Source of the DNA: Archaeoglobaceae archaeon
GTDB lineage: Archaea; Halobacteriota; Archaeoglobi; Archaeoglobales; Archaeoglobaceae
DNA: 15,928 nucleotides
Direction of reading: 5' to 3'
NCBI GenBank assembly: GCA_038893835.1
Contig: JAWAQR010000026.1
Coordinates: forward strand, 1-15,928
Made by a program: the position numbers and the translations under genes. Below, in pieces: positions 1-8,430 of this stretch. Under the pieces are notes generated by a model, which worked only from the letters and a program-made list of their open reading frames with translations, searched no databases and was not told where the DNA came from. Position 1 is the first letter of the stretch. The number at the start of each line of letters is the position of its first letter.

Positions 1-446
1 TCTTCAAAAATCTCTTTCTCAAACATTTCCAGAATTAACTTTGTCTCGTGCGGAAAAGAGCCTTTTTTTCTCGCATAAGCTTTGTAACAGCATTCTGGAT
101 AACCAAATAACTTTCCCTCAAGCATTATCAGCTTTCTCCTACCTTTCTCAAACTCAACATCTCCATGGACCACTTTATTTTCAAGCCTTTGCAATCTCTT
201 AACTATCCTTTCATCTCTCGTCATGACAAAGAATTTTGCTTCAGCGAATTTTAAGCTACTTATTATCCTGCTAACTCTTGTTTTAAAAAAGAGCACCTTC
301 AATCCATTTTTCCGACAAAAGTCGAATTCAAAAATGGAGTTTTCTAGTCTAACTGTTACGAGCTTGGAAAGATTTGAAAGAATTCTGGATGCCTCAATAA
401 AAAATAAAGGATTCGTTAAAAATTCTTCAACCTTAACCTTGAGCAC
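1..446 (-). CDS. DUF483-family protein, 3' end truncated by window edge
   Basis: Not in the ORF track. Manual translation from GTG at 446 (overlapping the dsrD end) is open to the window edge: MLKVKVEEFLTNPLFFIEASR...LIMLEGKLFGYPECCYKAYARKK. EGKLFGYPECC is the DUF483-type motif. The start codon is uncertain. Confidence 0.75.
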   Translation of the reverse strand, partial: MLKVKVEEFLTNPLFFIEASRILSNLSKLVTVRLENSIFEFDFCRKNGLKVLFFKTRVSRIISSLKFAEAKFFVMTRDERIVKRLQRLENKVVHGDVEFEKGRRKLIMLEGKLFGYPECCYKAYARKKGSFPHETKLILEMFEKEIFE

Positions 447-672
447 GTCTCTTCTCAAGCTCCTGAATGTATTCTTTTGTCGCAACGTACGCAGTTGATC
501 CTGCACTCCAGTAAGCTGCAATTCCCTGATCGATCAAATCTTGAACTATTTTTTTCACTTTAGCCTTATCTATCTGAGTTACTTTCGCAAGCTCGGGAAT
601 CTTCCAAGTCTTTTTGCTAAGCTGCTCCAAAACCTTCTTTTTTTCTTCCTCAGTATAGGTTATCTCCGCCAT
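433..672 (-). CDS. dsrD: Dissimilatory sulfite reductase D protein (winged helix)
   Basis: YTEEEKKKVLEQLSKKTWKIPELAK...YWSAGSTAYVATKEY matches Archaeoglobus DsrD (YWSSGST motif) and lies directly downstream of dsrB. ATG at 672 is preceded by a GGTGAT RBS, so it is preferred over the track start at 684. Confidence 0.95.
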   Translation of the reverse strand: MAEITYTEEEKKKVLEQLSKKTWKIPELAKVTQIDKAKVKKIVQDLIDQGIAAYWSAGSTAYVATKEYIQELEKRRAQG

Positions 673-675
673 CTG

Positions 676-711
676 AATCACCAAAAAAAGTAGGAATTTG
701 TATTTATAAAT
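676..711 (-). promoter_or_regulatory. Putative internal dsrD promoter (TATA TTTATAAA at 710-703), T7 run (689-683) and RBS GGTGAT (682-677)
   Basis: Minus strand reads TAA-A-TTTATAAA-TACAAATTCCTAC-TTTTTTT-GGTGAT-TCAG-ATG, a consensus archaeal TATA box about 30 nt before the dsrD ATG. Confidence 0.55.
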
Positions 712-1800
712 TTACCATCTAAACTGTGTACTCGTTCGCAGTTCGCCGTAAATATAAGGTGTTATCCTATAATCATCTATCAAATGCTCCGTAAATTCAA
801 GACCTGTGATTTCAAAGAATCTTTCCCATCCAATTCTGTCAATCCATTCAATCAATCTCTCATGCTTTCTCGCATTGCTAGCCCAAGCTTCCAGTATTTG
901 TTTCACATACTTTACGAGAGTTGGCCATCTTGGCGGTTCATTTGGCACCCATGGAACTACAACTTTTGAAAGCTCCGGCATTCTGCGAGCATCACTTACT
1001 TTTCCACCAACCATTATTGCAGCTCCATCGTTTTCTGGATCGAACAGCGGCATTCCCGGGCACATAGTATAGCAGTTTCCACAGTACATGCATTTTTCAA
1101 CGTCAACTCTTATCGTTTTTGCCTTCATATCTGGCTTGAGCGCTCCAGTTGGACAGGCTGCCACAGTACTTGGGATTTCGCACGTCCTTCTTATCATGTC
1201 ATCATCTGGCAATGGAGGTGTGCGATGAATTCCAACAATCGCTATGTCAGATGCATGAACTGCTCCGCACATGTTCGCACAGCAGGCAAGGCTTATTCTG
1301 CACATCGCTGGCAATTTGTGATCGACAAAGTATTCATACAGTTCATCCATTATTGCCTTGACTATACCTGAAGCATCAATCGCTGGCGTATGGCAGTGTA
1401 TCCAGCCTTGCGTATGGACTATGTTGCTCAAACCATATTTCCCAGTCACTGCATCCCAAGTTCCACCGCATGGAAATCCTAGTCTTTCTTTAACTTCCTT
1501 TATCAACTCGTCGATTTTGCTCTTATCTGTAACGAAGAATTCAACGTTGTTCCTTGACGTCCATCTCACGTAACCATCGCTGTACTTATCTGCAATATCG
1601 CATATTTCGCGAATTGTGTAAATGCTCAAAAGCCTAGGAGTACCAAATCTAACTACGTAGATTTCATCCCCGCTCTCTGCAACTCTCCTTATAACACCTG
1701 GTCTCACAACTTCATGATACTTCCACTTTCCATAGTTCTTTTTTATAACTGGATGTAGCATTAAATCATACCTTGGCGGACCAAAATCCGTCTTCGCCAT
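712..1800 (-). CDS. dsrB: Dissimilatory sulfite reductase beta subunit
   Basis: Motifs [35 protein letters not shown] and [13 protein letters not shown], ferredoxin motif [19 protein letters not shown], and C-terminal STQFRW. Confidence 0.99.
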   Translation of the reverse strand: MAKTDFGPPRYDLMLHPVIKKNYGKWKYHEVVRPGVIRRVAESGDEIYVVRFGTPRLLSIYTIREICDIADKYSDGYVRWTSRNNVEFFVTDKSKIDELIKEVKERLGFPCGGTWDAVTGKYGLSNIVHTQGWIHCHTPAIDASGIVKAIMDELYEYFVDHKLPAMCRISLACCANMCGAVHASDIAIVGIHRTPPLPDDDMIRRTCEIPSTVAACPTGALKPDMKAKTIRVDVEKCMYCGNCYTMCPGMPLFDPENDGAAIMVGGKVSDARRMPELSKVVVPWVPNEPPRWPTLVKYVKQILEAWASNARKHERLIEWIDRIGWERFFEITGLEFTEHLIDDYRITPYIYGELRTSTQFRW

Positions 1801-3056
1801 CAGAACATCCCCCTCTTCTTTAATTCCTCAATAAACGGTGACGGTCTTAATTCCTCTTTTCTGAAGAACATGAATGGATTGTTCCTTGGTGCTTTCACTA
1901 TGCGCACATCAGCAGATTTGCCAATAACCTTCAGATATTCTCTCACTCCCTTTCTCCAAATTAGCTCTCCAACCCTTTCTCTGAACTTCCCCTCCTCATC
2001 CCACCACTCGAAAGTTGCGTTCAGGATTTCCTTTATCTCATCGTATGGTTTCTTAATCTCAATGAATGGTACAACAACCCAGCCAATGATTGCGCCTTCA
2101 AGCATAGGAGCTTTTCCGCCTATAAGAATTGTTGCACCTCTTTCCTTACCCGGTTTCAGAGCTTTCGGCATCTTGTTTATGCAGTGCATACAGCGAACGC
2201 AGTTCTTTGCATCGATCTTAAGCTCCTGCCCATTCCAGCTTATCGCCTTTGTTGGACAAAGCTTTACTACTTCGTTCTCTATGTCCATCCACTTCGCATA
2301 CTCCTTAACAGCTTCATTGTCTATCTGAATTTCGTCTTTCCACGTGCCAATGATCGCAAAGTCCGCTCTTGCCTTTGAGGCGACGCAATCATTAGGGCAA
2401 CCAGAGCACTTTATCTTGAACTTGTAAGGCCACATAGGTCTGTGCAACTCGTTTTGATATGTAATCGTCAGATCGTAGCAAAGATCGAGTGTGTCATAGC
2501 AGGCAAATTCACAAAGCGCAGGACCCATGCAGGCTGAAGGCGTTCTCAACGCAGAACCGCTTCCGCCGAGATCGAATGGAATTTCAAGGTTGCCAAGATC
2601 TTCAAAACAAGGCTGTAAATACTCACTTCTTGTTCCAAGTAAGATTATGTCTCCTGTTGATCCATGCATGTTTGTCAAACCACTTCCCCATTTTTCCCAG
2701 ACATCGCAAATTCCTCGAAGTGCTTTCGTTGAATAGAACCAGCCTGCGGGCATGTTGATACGCATAGTATGGAAGTGCTCCACTTCTGGCACCTTGTCGC
2801 CCAAGTCAGAATATCTGCCTATGACTCCCCCTCCATAACCAACAACTGAAACTATTCCACCATGTTTCCAGTGAGTCTTTTTATCCCTGTAAGAAATCTC
2901 CAACAGCTTAAGCAGCCCACGAGCTGTTTTTGGCAACTTCAAATCCTTTCCCTGTGAAGCTAGCTTCTCCATGTTTTCCGCTGTCTTCTTAATTTCTTTT
3001 ACAAAACTTGGCCACGGGCCCTTTTCGAGTTCATCAACCAACGGTGTCTCTGTCAT
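1800..3056 (-). CDS. dsrA: Dissimilatory sulfite reductase alpha subunit
   Basis: [38 protein letters not shown], siroheme/FeS motif CMGPALC...KCSGCPNDC and ferredoxin motif CVRCMHC. Its stop overlaps the dsrB start (TGATG). Confidence 0.99.
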   Translation of the reverse strand: MTETPLVDELEKGPWPSFVKEIKKTAENMEKLASQGKDLKLPKTARGLLKLLEISYRDKKTHWKHGGIVSVVGYGGGVIGRYSDLGDKVPEVEHFHTMRINMPAGWFYSTKALRGICDVWEKWGSGLTNMHGSTGDIILLGTRSEYLQPCFEDLGNLEIPFDLGGSGSALRTPSACMGPALCEFACYDTLDLCYDLTITYQNELHRPMWPYKFKIKCSGCPNDCVASKARADFAIIGTWKDEIQIDNEAVKEYAKWMDIENEVVKLCPTKAISWNGQELKIDAKNCVRCMHCINKMPKALKPGKERGATILIGGKAPMLEGAIIGWVVVPFIEIKKPYDEIKEILNATFEWWDEEGKFRERVGELIWRKGVREYLKVIGKSADVRIVKAPRNNPFMFFRKEELRPSPFIEELKKRGMF

Positions 3057-3060
3057 TCTG

Positions 3061-3105
3061 CCACCTCCGGAATGTTACTCAGATTAGCAATATATAAGAA
3101 TTTCG
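3061..3105 (-). promoter_or_regulatory. dsrAB promoter: BRE-like CGAAATTC (3105-3098), TATA TTATATAT (3097-3090), RBS GGAGGTGG (3068-3061)
   Basis: Minus strand reads CGAAATTC-TTATATAT-TGCTAATCTGAGTAACATTCC-GGAGGTGG-CAGA-ATG, a standard archaeal promoter layout. Confidence 0.75.
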
Positions 3106-3160
3106 AATTTCAACTTAACGAATTTTAAAAAAGATTTGGAAATTTGCAACGAGCTCAACG

Positions 3161-3172
3161 TAAGATATAATT
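3161..3172 (+). promoter_or_regulatory. Putative TATA element of the divergent ArsR-like gene (possibly a leaderless transcript)
   Basis: TAAGATATAATT ends about 25 nt before ATG 3197, and there is no clear RBS. Confidence 0.4.
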
Positions 3173-3196
3173 GCCTTAACCTCATACGAATATTGG

Positions 3197-3712
3197 ATGG
3201 TGAAAAGAGCAAAACTCGTGAACGACATTGTAGAACTAATACCAATCTTTCAACTTCTATCTACTGAAACGCACAGAAAAGTTTACTCTGCCCTGCTCGA
3301 CGAATGGTTAACACTTGAGGAATTAAAGAATAGATTTGGAGATGGTTTTGAAGAAACTTTAAAAATACTCAAGCATGCTGGAATGCTGGAAGTAAAATGG
3401 AGGATGCCTTCTGATCCTGGTGGAAAGCCAGAAAAAGAATATCATGTAAGCTATACTCATATTTCAGCCAATTTCTATGTTTCTCTCAAAGACTTCAACC
3501 GAATTCTCGAAATCGTGTTCATGCCAGATGATGAAGTTGAGAAACATGTGGAAAAAATAATTAAGGAAGTCCAAATGGGAAGAAATTCTGTGGGTCACAT
3601 AATGAAGGTTTTAAATTACGATCCACTTTTTATAAGGGCAATAGTAAAAAGAACGCTAAAGCTAAATCTAAAAGGACAGCTAATAGAGCTGGCAAAGGAT
3701 GAAGAAATATAG
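3197..3712 (+). CDS. Archaeal ArsR-like winged-helix putative transcriptional regulator (PF09824/COG4860-like)
   Basis: 171 aa with N-terminal LVNDIVELIPIF, WLTLEEL, and LKILKHAGMLEVKWRMP...KPEKEYHVSY, as in the conserved euryarchaeal family. Confidence 0.75.
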   Translation: MVKRAKLVNDIVELIPIFQLLSTETHRKVYSALLDEWLTLEELKNRFGDGFEETLKILKHAGMLEVKWRMPSDPGGKPEKEYHVSYTHISANFYVSLKDFNRILEIVFMPDDEVEKHVEKIIKEVQMGRNSVGHIMKVLNYDPLFIRAIVKRTLKLNLKGQLIELAKDEEI

Positions 3713-3935
3713 TGTTAGAGAAATTCTGAACATGCTTAAGTGGCATCCAAGCTATGATTTTTCAAAAGTTGAAATCGTCTACATTGACAGATACAGCGGG
3801 AATATGACGATTTCAGCTGAAGAAATTGAAAGTATAGGACACAAATTTCTTTATTTGAAGAGTGGAAAAGCAATTCCACAGCATAGAATTGTGGAGATAA
3901 AGTATGGGGAGAGAACAATATGGAAAAGATCGTGA
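3699..3935 (+). CDS. UPF0248/DUF504 (MJ1316-like putative RNA-binding domain) protein
   Basis: VREILNMLKWHP...IVYIDR...IPQHRIVEI...IWKR is the family signature. Confidence 0.85.
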   Translation: MKKYSVREILNMLKWHPSYDFSKVEIVYIDRYSGNMTISAEEIESIGHKFLYLKSGKAIPQHRIVEIKYGERTIWKRS

Positions 3936-4660
3936 TTTGCGTCGTTCACTTGAAACCCTTACCTGGCTCGCCAATGTATGAAGATTTCGATTCAGTTTTG
4001 GAAAAAGCACTTGAAGATGCCAGAGCAATAGAAGAAGGGGGAGCAGATGCTTTAATTATAGAGAACTTTGGAGATAAGCCCTTCTTAGCTAAAGTTGGTG
4101 AAGAAACTGTTGCGAGTATGAGCGTGATAGCTTGGGAAATTAGAAGAGCTGTTAACATAGGATTGGGAATAAATGTGCTCAGAAATGATGCAATCTCAGC
4201 TTTGGCAATTGCAAAAGCTGTAAAAGCGGATTTTGTAAGAGTAAATCAACTCTTCTTCCCATCAATAGCTCCTGAAGGCATTCTATTCGGCGATGCGGGG
4301 AGAATAATGAGGTATAAGAGACAGATAAACTGCAGAGCCATGATATTTGCAGATCTGGAAGTGAAACACGCAGCACATTTGGCGAACTTTGAAGATTACT
4401 TGCTAAATGCGGAAAGAAGTCTTGCTGATGCATTTATAATAACTGGAAGAGCGACGGGCTTAGAGCCAAGTGTTGAAAAGATGAAAATGATAAGAAAAAT
4501 AGCTCCAACCCTCGCTGGCAGTGGTGTTAGCGTTGAAAATGCAGAAAAAATAGTAAAACACTGCGATGGAGTCATTGTAGGAAGTTATATAAAGGAAAGG
4601 GGTAGAGTTAGCGTTGAAAGGGTTAAAAAGATAGTTAGAGCCGTAAAAAGTGTCAAGTAA
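3920..4660 (+). CDS. BtpA/SgcQ family TIM-barrel protein
   Basis: VVHLKPLPGSP, GGADALIIENFGDKPF, GINVLRND, ADLEVKHA, ITGRATG, GSGV and DGVIVGS. Confidence 0.92.
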   Translation: MEKIVICVVHLKPLPGSPMYEDFDSVLEKALEDARAIEEGGADALIIENFGDKPFLAKVGEETVASMSVIAWEIRRAVNIGLGINVLRNDAISALAIAKAVKADFVRVNQLFFPSIAPEGILFGDAGRIMRYKRQINCRAMIFADLEVKHAAHLANFEDYLLNAERSLADAFIITGRATGLEPSVEKMKMIRKIAPTLAGSGVSVENAEKIVKHCDGVIVGSYIKERGRVSVERVKKIVRAVKSVK

Positions 4661-5540
4661 AGAAAGGTCTTCTCATCTTTACAGCCCTAAAAATTGCCTC
4701 CTTTAAGTCTTCTCCATGAAGATTTGATAAATCTATTTCTTCATCGCTCATCAAACAAGGCTTAATCTTCCCATCGGAAGTCACTCTTATCCTGTTACAA
4801 TGTTTGCAGAACTCGCTGTTGTCTAAGGGTCTAACGATTTCAACGATGCCAAAGGACGTGAAAAATTGCTTTCTTTTATGCATATCACGAATTTTCACAG
4901 CTTTCGCAATCGCCAAAAATTTTCTTTCGAAGAGTTCTGGGTTAAGATAGTATTCTCTTGTTTTTGAGTTTGGTATAAGCTCTATCAGCTGGAGAATCAC
5001 ATTTATTCCTCTCCCATTGAATGAATTTGCAAAGTTAAGCATATCAAAAACTTCTCCATCGTTTATTCCCTTCATTAGAACCATGTTGAGTTTTATTGGT
5101 GTCAACCTTGCTTCGACTGCACTCTTTATACCTTCTATAACCATTTCAATTTTATCGGAGCCAGTTATGAACCTGAACTTTTCAGCATTTAGGGTGTCGA
5201 GACTTACGTTTACTCTGTTTAAACCAGCTTCCTTTAGCTCCTTTGCCTTATCGCTCAGCATGATTCCATTTGTTGTCAAAGAGATTTCTTCAAAAGGCGG
5301 CATTGCGGAAATTATATCGCATATATCCTTCCTTAGCAGAGGTTCCCCTCCAGTCAATTTCACCTTTTTAACTCCAAGCTCGTAAAAAGCCTTTGAAATT
5401 TCCGCAATCCTTTCTGCACTTATTTCTTCACTGGAATTTTTTTCTCCTTCTCTGTGGCAATATATACAGTTCAAATTGCATCTCTGCGTAACTGAGATAC
5501 GTAAATTCGTTATTACTCTTCCGTAAAGATCTCTGAGCAT
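4653..5540 (-). CDS. moaA: GTP 3',8-cyclase (radical SAM, molybdopterin/tungstopterin biosynthesis)
   Basis: DLYGRVITNLRISVTQRCNLNCIYCHREG (CxxxCxxC), LTGGEPLLR, TTNG, and a C-terminal cluster motif FCKHCNRIRVTSDGKIKPCL. Confidence 0.96.
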   Translation of the reverse strand: MLRDLYGRVITNLRISVTQRCNLNCIYCHREGEKNSSEEISAERIAEISKAFYELGVKKVKLTGGEPLLRKDICDIISAMPPFEEISLTTNGIMLSDKAKELKEAGLNRVNVSLDTLNAEKFRFITGSDKIEMVIEGIKSAVEARLTPIKLNMVLMKGINDGEVFDMLNFANSFNGRGINVILQLIELIPNSKTREYYLNPELFERKFLAIAKAVKIRDMHKRKQFFTSFGIVEIVRPLDNSEFCKHCNRIRVTSDGKIKPCLMSDEEIDLSNLHGEDLKEAIFRAVKMRRPFFT

Positions 5541-6112
5541 AATTCCTCAGCCCTTCTTAAATCATCCAGAGTATTTATGTTAAAGAAGGAAAGAAGATGT
5601 TTATCAAAATTTCTGAGTTCTTCTGCGGAAAGATAAACGACTTTCACCTTTCTTAGAGAATCCAAAATTCTTCTCTTTCCCAGTTTTATCGACTTCTCAA
5701 TTTCTGGTATTATCCTTTCGGAGTAAAAAGCAAGTAAAGGTTCTGGAAACTTATGTTTTGGGATCAAAGCGTCGCAATTACTTTCCAAACCTTTTTTAAA
5801 TAAAAATTCAACTACCTTTTTCTTCACAAAAGGCATATCTATAGCGACAACTACCGTGTCCCCGTTGTGTTTCAGAGCGCTATGAATCCCTGCTAAGACT
5901 CCAAAGCCTTGATAAAAATCGAAAACAAATTTAAAATCGAACTCTCTAGAATATCTTTCAGCCTGAGCTTTATCTCTGCAAATAAAGATCGGATCAAGTG
6001 ATGCGAACTTTTCAGCTGCAATTTCTATTAGCCTTTTTCCGCAAACTCTAATTTCAGCCTTTTCCATTCCAATTCTCCTACCAAGACCACCCATCAATAT
6101 GGCAAGTTTCAC
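5513..6112 (-). CDS. mobA: Molybdenum cofactor guanylyltransferase
   Basis: ILMGGLGRRIG-EKA, GVLAGIHSAL, AIDMPFV, EPLLAFY and SFFNINTLDDL. GTG start, adjacent to moaA. Confidence 0.92.
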   Translation of the reverse strand: MKLAILMGGLGRRIGMEKAEIRVCGKRLIEIAAEKFASLDPIFICRDKAQAERYSREFDFKFVFDFYQGFGVLAGIHSALKHNGDTVVVAIDMPFVKKKVVEFLFKKGLESNCDALIPKHKFPEPLLAFYSERIIPEIEKSIKLGKRRILDSLRKVKVVYLSAEELRNFDKHLLSFFNINTLDDLRRAEELCSEIFTEE

Positions 6113-6161
6113 GAAATGGATTAGTTACCTATTTATTACCCTTTTTTCTCCAAAGAAGCGT
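6113..6161. promoter_or_regulatory. Compact divergent promoter region between mobA and mfnA
   Basis: 49-nt spacer with one central AT core, TATTTATTA (6130-6138), roughly 20-30 nt from both start codons. No RBS on either side. Confidence 0.5.
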
Positions 6162-7259
6162 ATGGATGTACTAGAGGAACTCAAGAAGTTCAGGGAAAAG
6201 GATATACCATATTCAAGAGTTCTGAGTTCGATGTGCACAATTCCGCATGAAGTAGCTGTAAAGGCTCATCAGATGTTTATAAACACAAATCTGGGAGATC
6301 CAGGAATATTTCTTGGCACAGCAGAGCTTGAAAGAAAGCTTATAAATATGATCGGCGAACTTCTTCACTGTAACAATCCCCATGGCTACATATGTTCCGG
6401 TGGCACCGAGGCAAATATTCAGGGAATAAGGAGTGCGAGAAACTTGAAGGAAAAAAAGAGACCAAATATAGTCATTCCAAAGACTGCACACTTTTCTTTT
6501 GAAAAAGTTCGAGACATTCTCAGAATAGAGGTAAGGAAAGCGGATGTGGATGAATACTACAAAGTTGACGTGGGAGAAGTTGAAAGGCTTATCGATGAGA
6601 ACACAGTTGCCATAGTTGGTATTGCCGGAACTACTGAACTCGGGCAGATAGATCCTATTGTTGAACTATCGAAGCTTGCTGAAGAAAAGGATGTTGCCTT
6701 GCACATCGATGCGGCATTTGGAGGGTTTGTGATTCCATTCATGGACAAACCATATCCATTTGATTTTATTAACAAAGGTGTAACATCGATTACAGTTGAT
6801 CCACACAAGATGGGAATGGCTACGATTCCAGCTGGCGGCATAGTTTTCAGAGAAGAAAAATACCTAAAAGCACTGGAAGTTGAAACCCCATATTTGACTT
6901 CAAGAGCTCAATACACTCTAACAGGCACTCGTCCAGGAACTGGAGTTGCTTCTGCCTATGCTGTGCTAAAAACTCTAGGTTATAGCGGGATGAAAAAAGT
7001 CGTGAATATCTGTATTAGAAACACCAGAATCCTTCTGGAGGAGATGGAAAAACTCGGATTTGAGCCCGTAATTGAGCCTGTGATGAACGTAGTAGCTTTC
7101 AAGACTGAAAGAGCTGAGGAATTTAGGAGGGAGTTATATAAAAGAAGGTGGGTCATTTCCACGATTAGAAATCCAAAGGCGATCAGATTTGTCGTGATGC
7201 CGCATGTTACGGAAGAAGTTATAATGGAATTCATATCCGAGTTCAAAAAGGTGATATGA
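6162..7259 (+). CDS. mfnA: PLP-dependent L-tyrosine/L-aspartate decarboxylase (methanofuran and CoA precursors)
   Basis: RVLSSMCT, TNLGDPGIF, SGGTEAN, AGTTELGQIDPI, HIDAAFGG, PLP lysine in VDPHKMG, and LTGTRPG. The likely start is ATG 6162, because the track start at 6099 overlaps the divergent mobA. Confidence 0.93.
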   Translation: MDVLEELKKFREKDIPYSRVLSSMCTIPHEVAVKAHQMFINTNLGDPGIFLGTAELERKLINMIGELLHCNNPHGYICSGGTEANIQGIRSARNLKEKKRPNIVIPKTAHFSFEKVRDILRIEVRKADVDEYYKVDVGEVERLIDENTVAIVGIAGTTELGQIDPIVELSKLAEEKDVALHIDAAFGGFVIPFMDKPYPFDFINKGVTSITVDPHKMGMATIPAGGIVFREEKYLKALEVETPYLTSRAQYTLTGTRPGTGVASAYAVLKTLGYSGMKKVVNICIRNTRILLEEMEKLGFEPVIEPVMNVVAFKTERAEEFRRELYKRRWVISTIRNPKAIRFVVMPHVTEEVIMEFISEFKKVI

Positions 7260-7408
7260 TGGAAGTGAGATTGAGCGTTGATGGGATGGAAGTTGAGTTG
7301 AATCCATTTGTAACGAAAATAATTGCAAGAGTTGTTGAAGCTCTCGTGACTTCGCTGAAAGGAGTTGATGAGAATTGGAGAAGAATAGAATTGGAAGTGA
7401 TAAAATGA
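7256..7408 (+). CDS. 50-aa small protein resembling the C-terminal extension domain of MobB proteins
   Basis: Not in the ORF track: MMEVRLSVDGMEVELNPFVTKIIARVVEALVTSLKGVDENWRRIELEVIK. It fills the gap exactly, with ATGA overlaps to mfnA (7256-7259) and hisC (7405-7408). Confidence 0.8.
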   Translation: MMEVRLSVDGMEVELNPFVTKIIARVVEALVTSLKGVDENWRRIELEVIK

Positions 7409-8430
7409 GGAAGTGTGCAATCTTTGAAAACTACGTTGCTGGGAAAAGTGTTGAAGAAGTGAAAGAAAAATATGGAATTGATAAAGTCGTAAAGCTAGCA
7501 TCAAATGAGAACGCATATGGCGCAAGTCCAAAAGCTATAGAAGTTCTTAGAAACTTTTCAGAACTTCACCGCTATCCGAATCCAGAATACAGGGCGTTGA
7601 GGGAAAAGCTGGCTGAATACACGGGATGGGAAATGGAAAGAATTGTGATAGGAGCCGGAATAGATGGAATTCTCGAAACTATATTCAAAATGCTAATCGA
7701 TGAAGGAGATGAGGTGATAATTCCTGTTCCCACTTTTCAATACTACAGAATTCTCGCAAGATTGCACTGCGCAAGGGAAGTTCTGGTTGATAGAAACGAG
7801 GAATTTCAGATTGGAGAGAAAATCTTCGATTACTTAGGAAAAAAAACTAAGCTGATAATAATACCATTTCCAAATAACCCTACTGGAAACGTTGAAAAGA
7901 CAAAGCTGATCGAGGAGATCGTTTCTTCAACAAAAGCGATCGTTTTCATCGATGAAGCATACATCGAATTCGCGGATTCGAGACTTGAAATTGATTCTGA
8001 GAATCTAATCGTTGCTAGAACTATGTCAAAAGCTTTTGGCCTAGCAAATCTTCGCATAGGCTACGCAAGACTTCCAAAATGGCTAGTTGATTACTATAAA
8101 TCAGCCTCAACACCTTTTCCCGTCTCCACTTTAGCAGAAAAATGCGCAATTGCATCACTTGAAGATCTGGAATGGATGAAAAAATGCGTGGAAAAGATAA
8201 AAAGGGAAAGAAATAGAGTTTTTGATGCGCTTAGAAGAATTGTAAAACCCTATCCATCTCAGGCAAACTTCATTTTCTTCAAAGCAAGAGAAGGACTTGC
8301 TGAAGATCTATTAAGAAAGGGGGTTATAATAAGGGACTGCAAGAGCTTTGGTGTTGATGGTTATAGAGTAACCATTGGAAAACCCGAAGAGAACGAATTT
8401 TTCCTAGATAAACTGAGAGAGATTTTATGA
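7405..8430 (+). CDS. hisC: Histidinol-phosphate aminotransferase
   Basis: VKLASNEN, HRYP, PNNPTGN, IDEAYIEF, RTMSKAFGLANLRIGY, PSQANF and RVTIG. Start taken as ATG 7405, coupled to the small ORF. Confidence 0.9.
   Translation: MRKCAIFENYVAGKSVEEVKEKYGIDKVVKLASNENAYGASPKAIEVLRNFSELHRYPNPEYRALREKLAEYTGWEMERIVIGAGIDGILETIFKMLIDEGDEVIIPVPTFQYYRILARLHCAREVLVDRNEEFQIGEKIFDYLGKKTKLIIIPFPNNPTGNVEKTKLIEEIVSSTKAIVFIDEAYIEFADSRLEIDSENLIVARTMSKAFGLANLRIGYARLPKWLVDYYKSASTPFPVSTLAEKCAIASLEDLEWMKKCVEKIKRERNRVFDALRRIVKPYPSQANFIFFKAREGLAEDLLRKGVIIRDCKSFGVDGYRVTIGKPEENEFFLDKLREIL

Noticed and set aside
1380-1425. DsrB lacks the first Cys of the CX5C siroheme motif (HTQGWIHC)
   Set aside because: This is normal for DsrB and is not a sign of degeneration.
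223-2758. Plus-strand ORFs opposite DUF483, dsrD, dsrB and dsrA (e.g. 223-498, 1870-2328)
   Set aside because: Antisense shadows of well-supported genes, with no motifs or RBS.
4527-4619. 13-nt direct repeat GTTAGCGTTGAAA within btpA
   Set aside because: Both copies are in-frame codons for VSVE, so this is a coding coincidence.
3920-4660. BtpA as a photosystem I assembly gene
   Set aside because: The family is widespread in non-phototrophic archaea and there is no photosynthesis context here.
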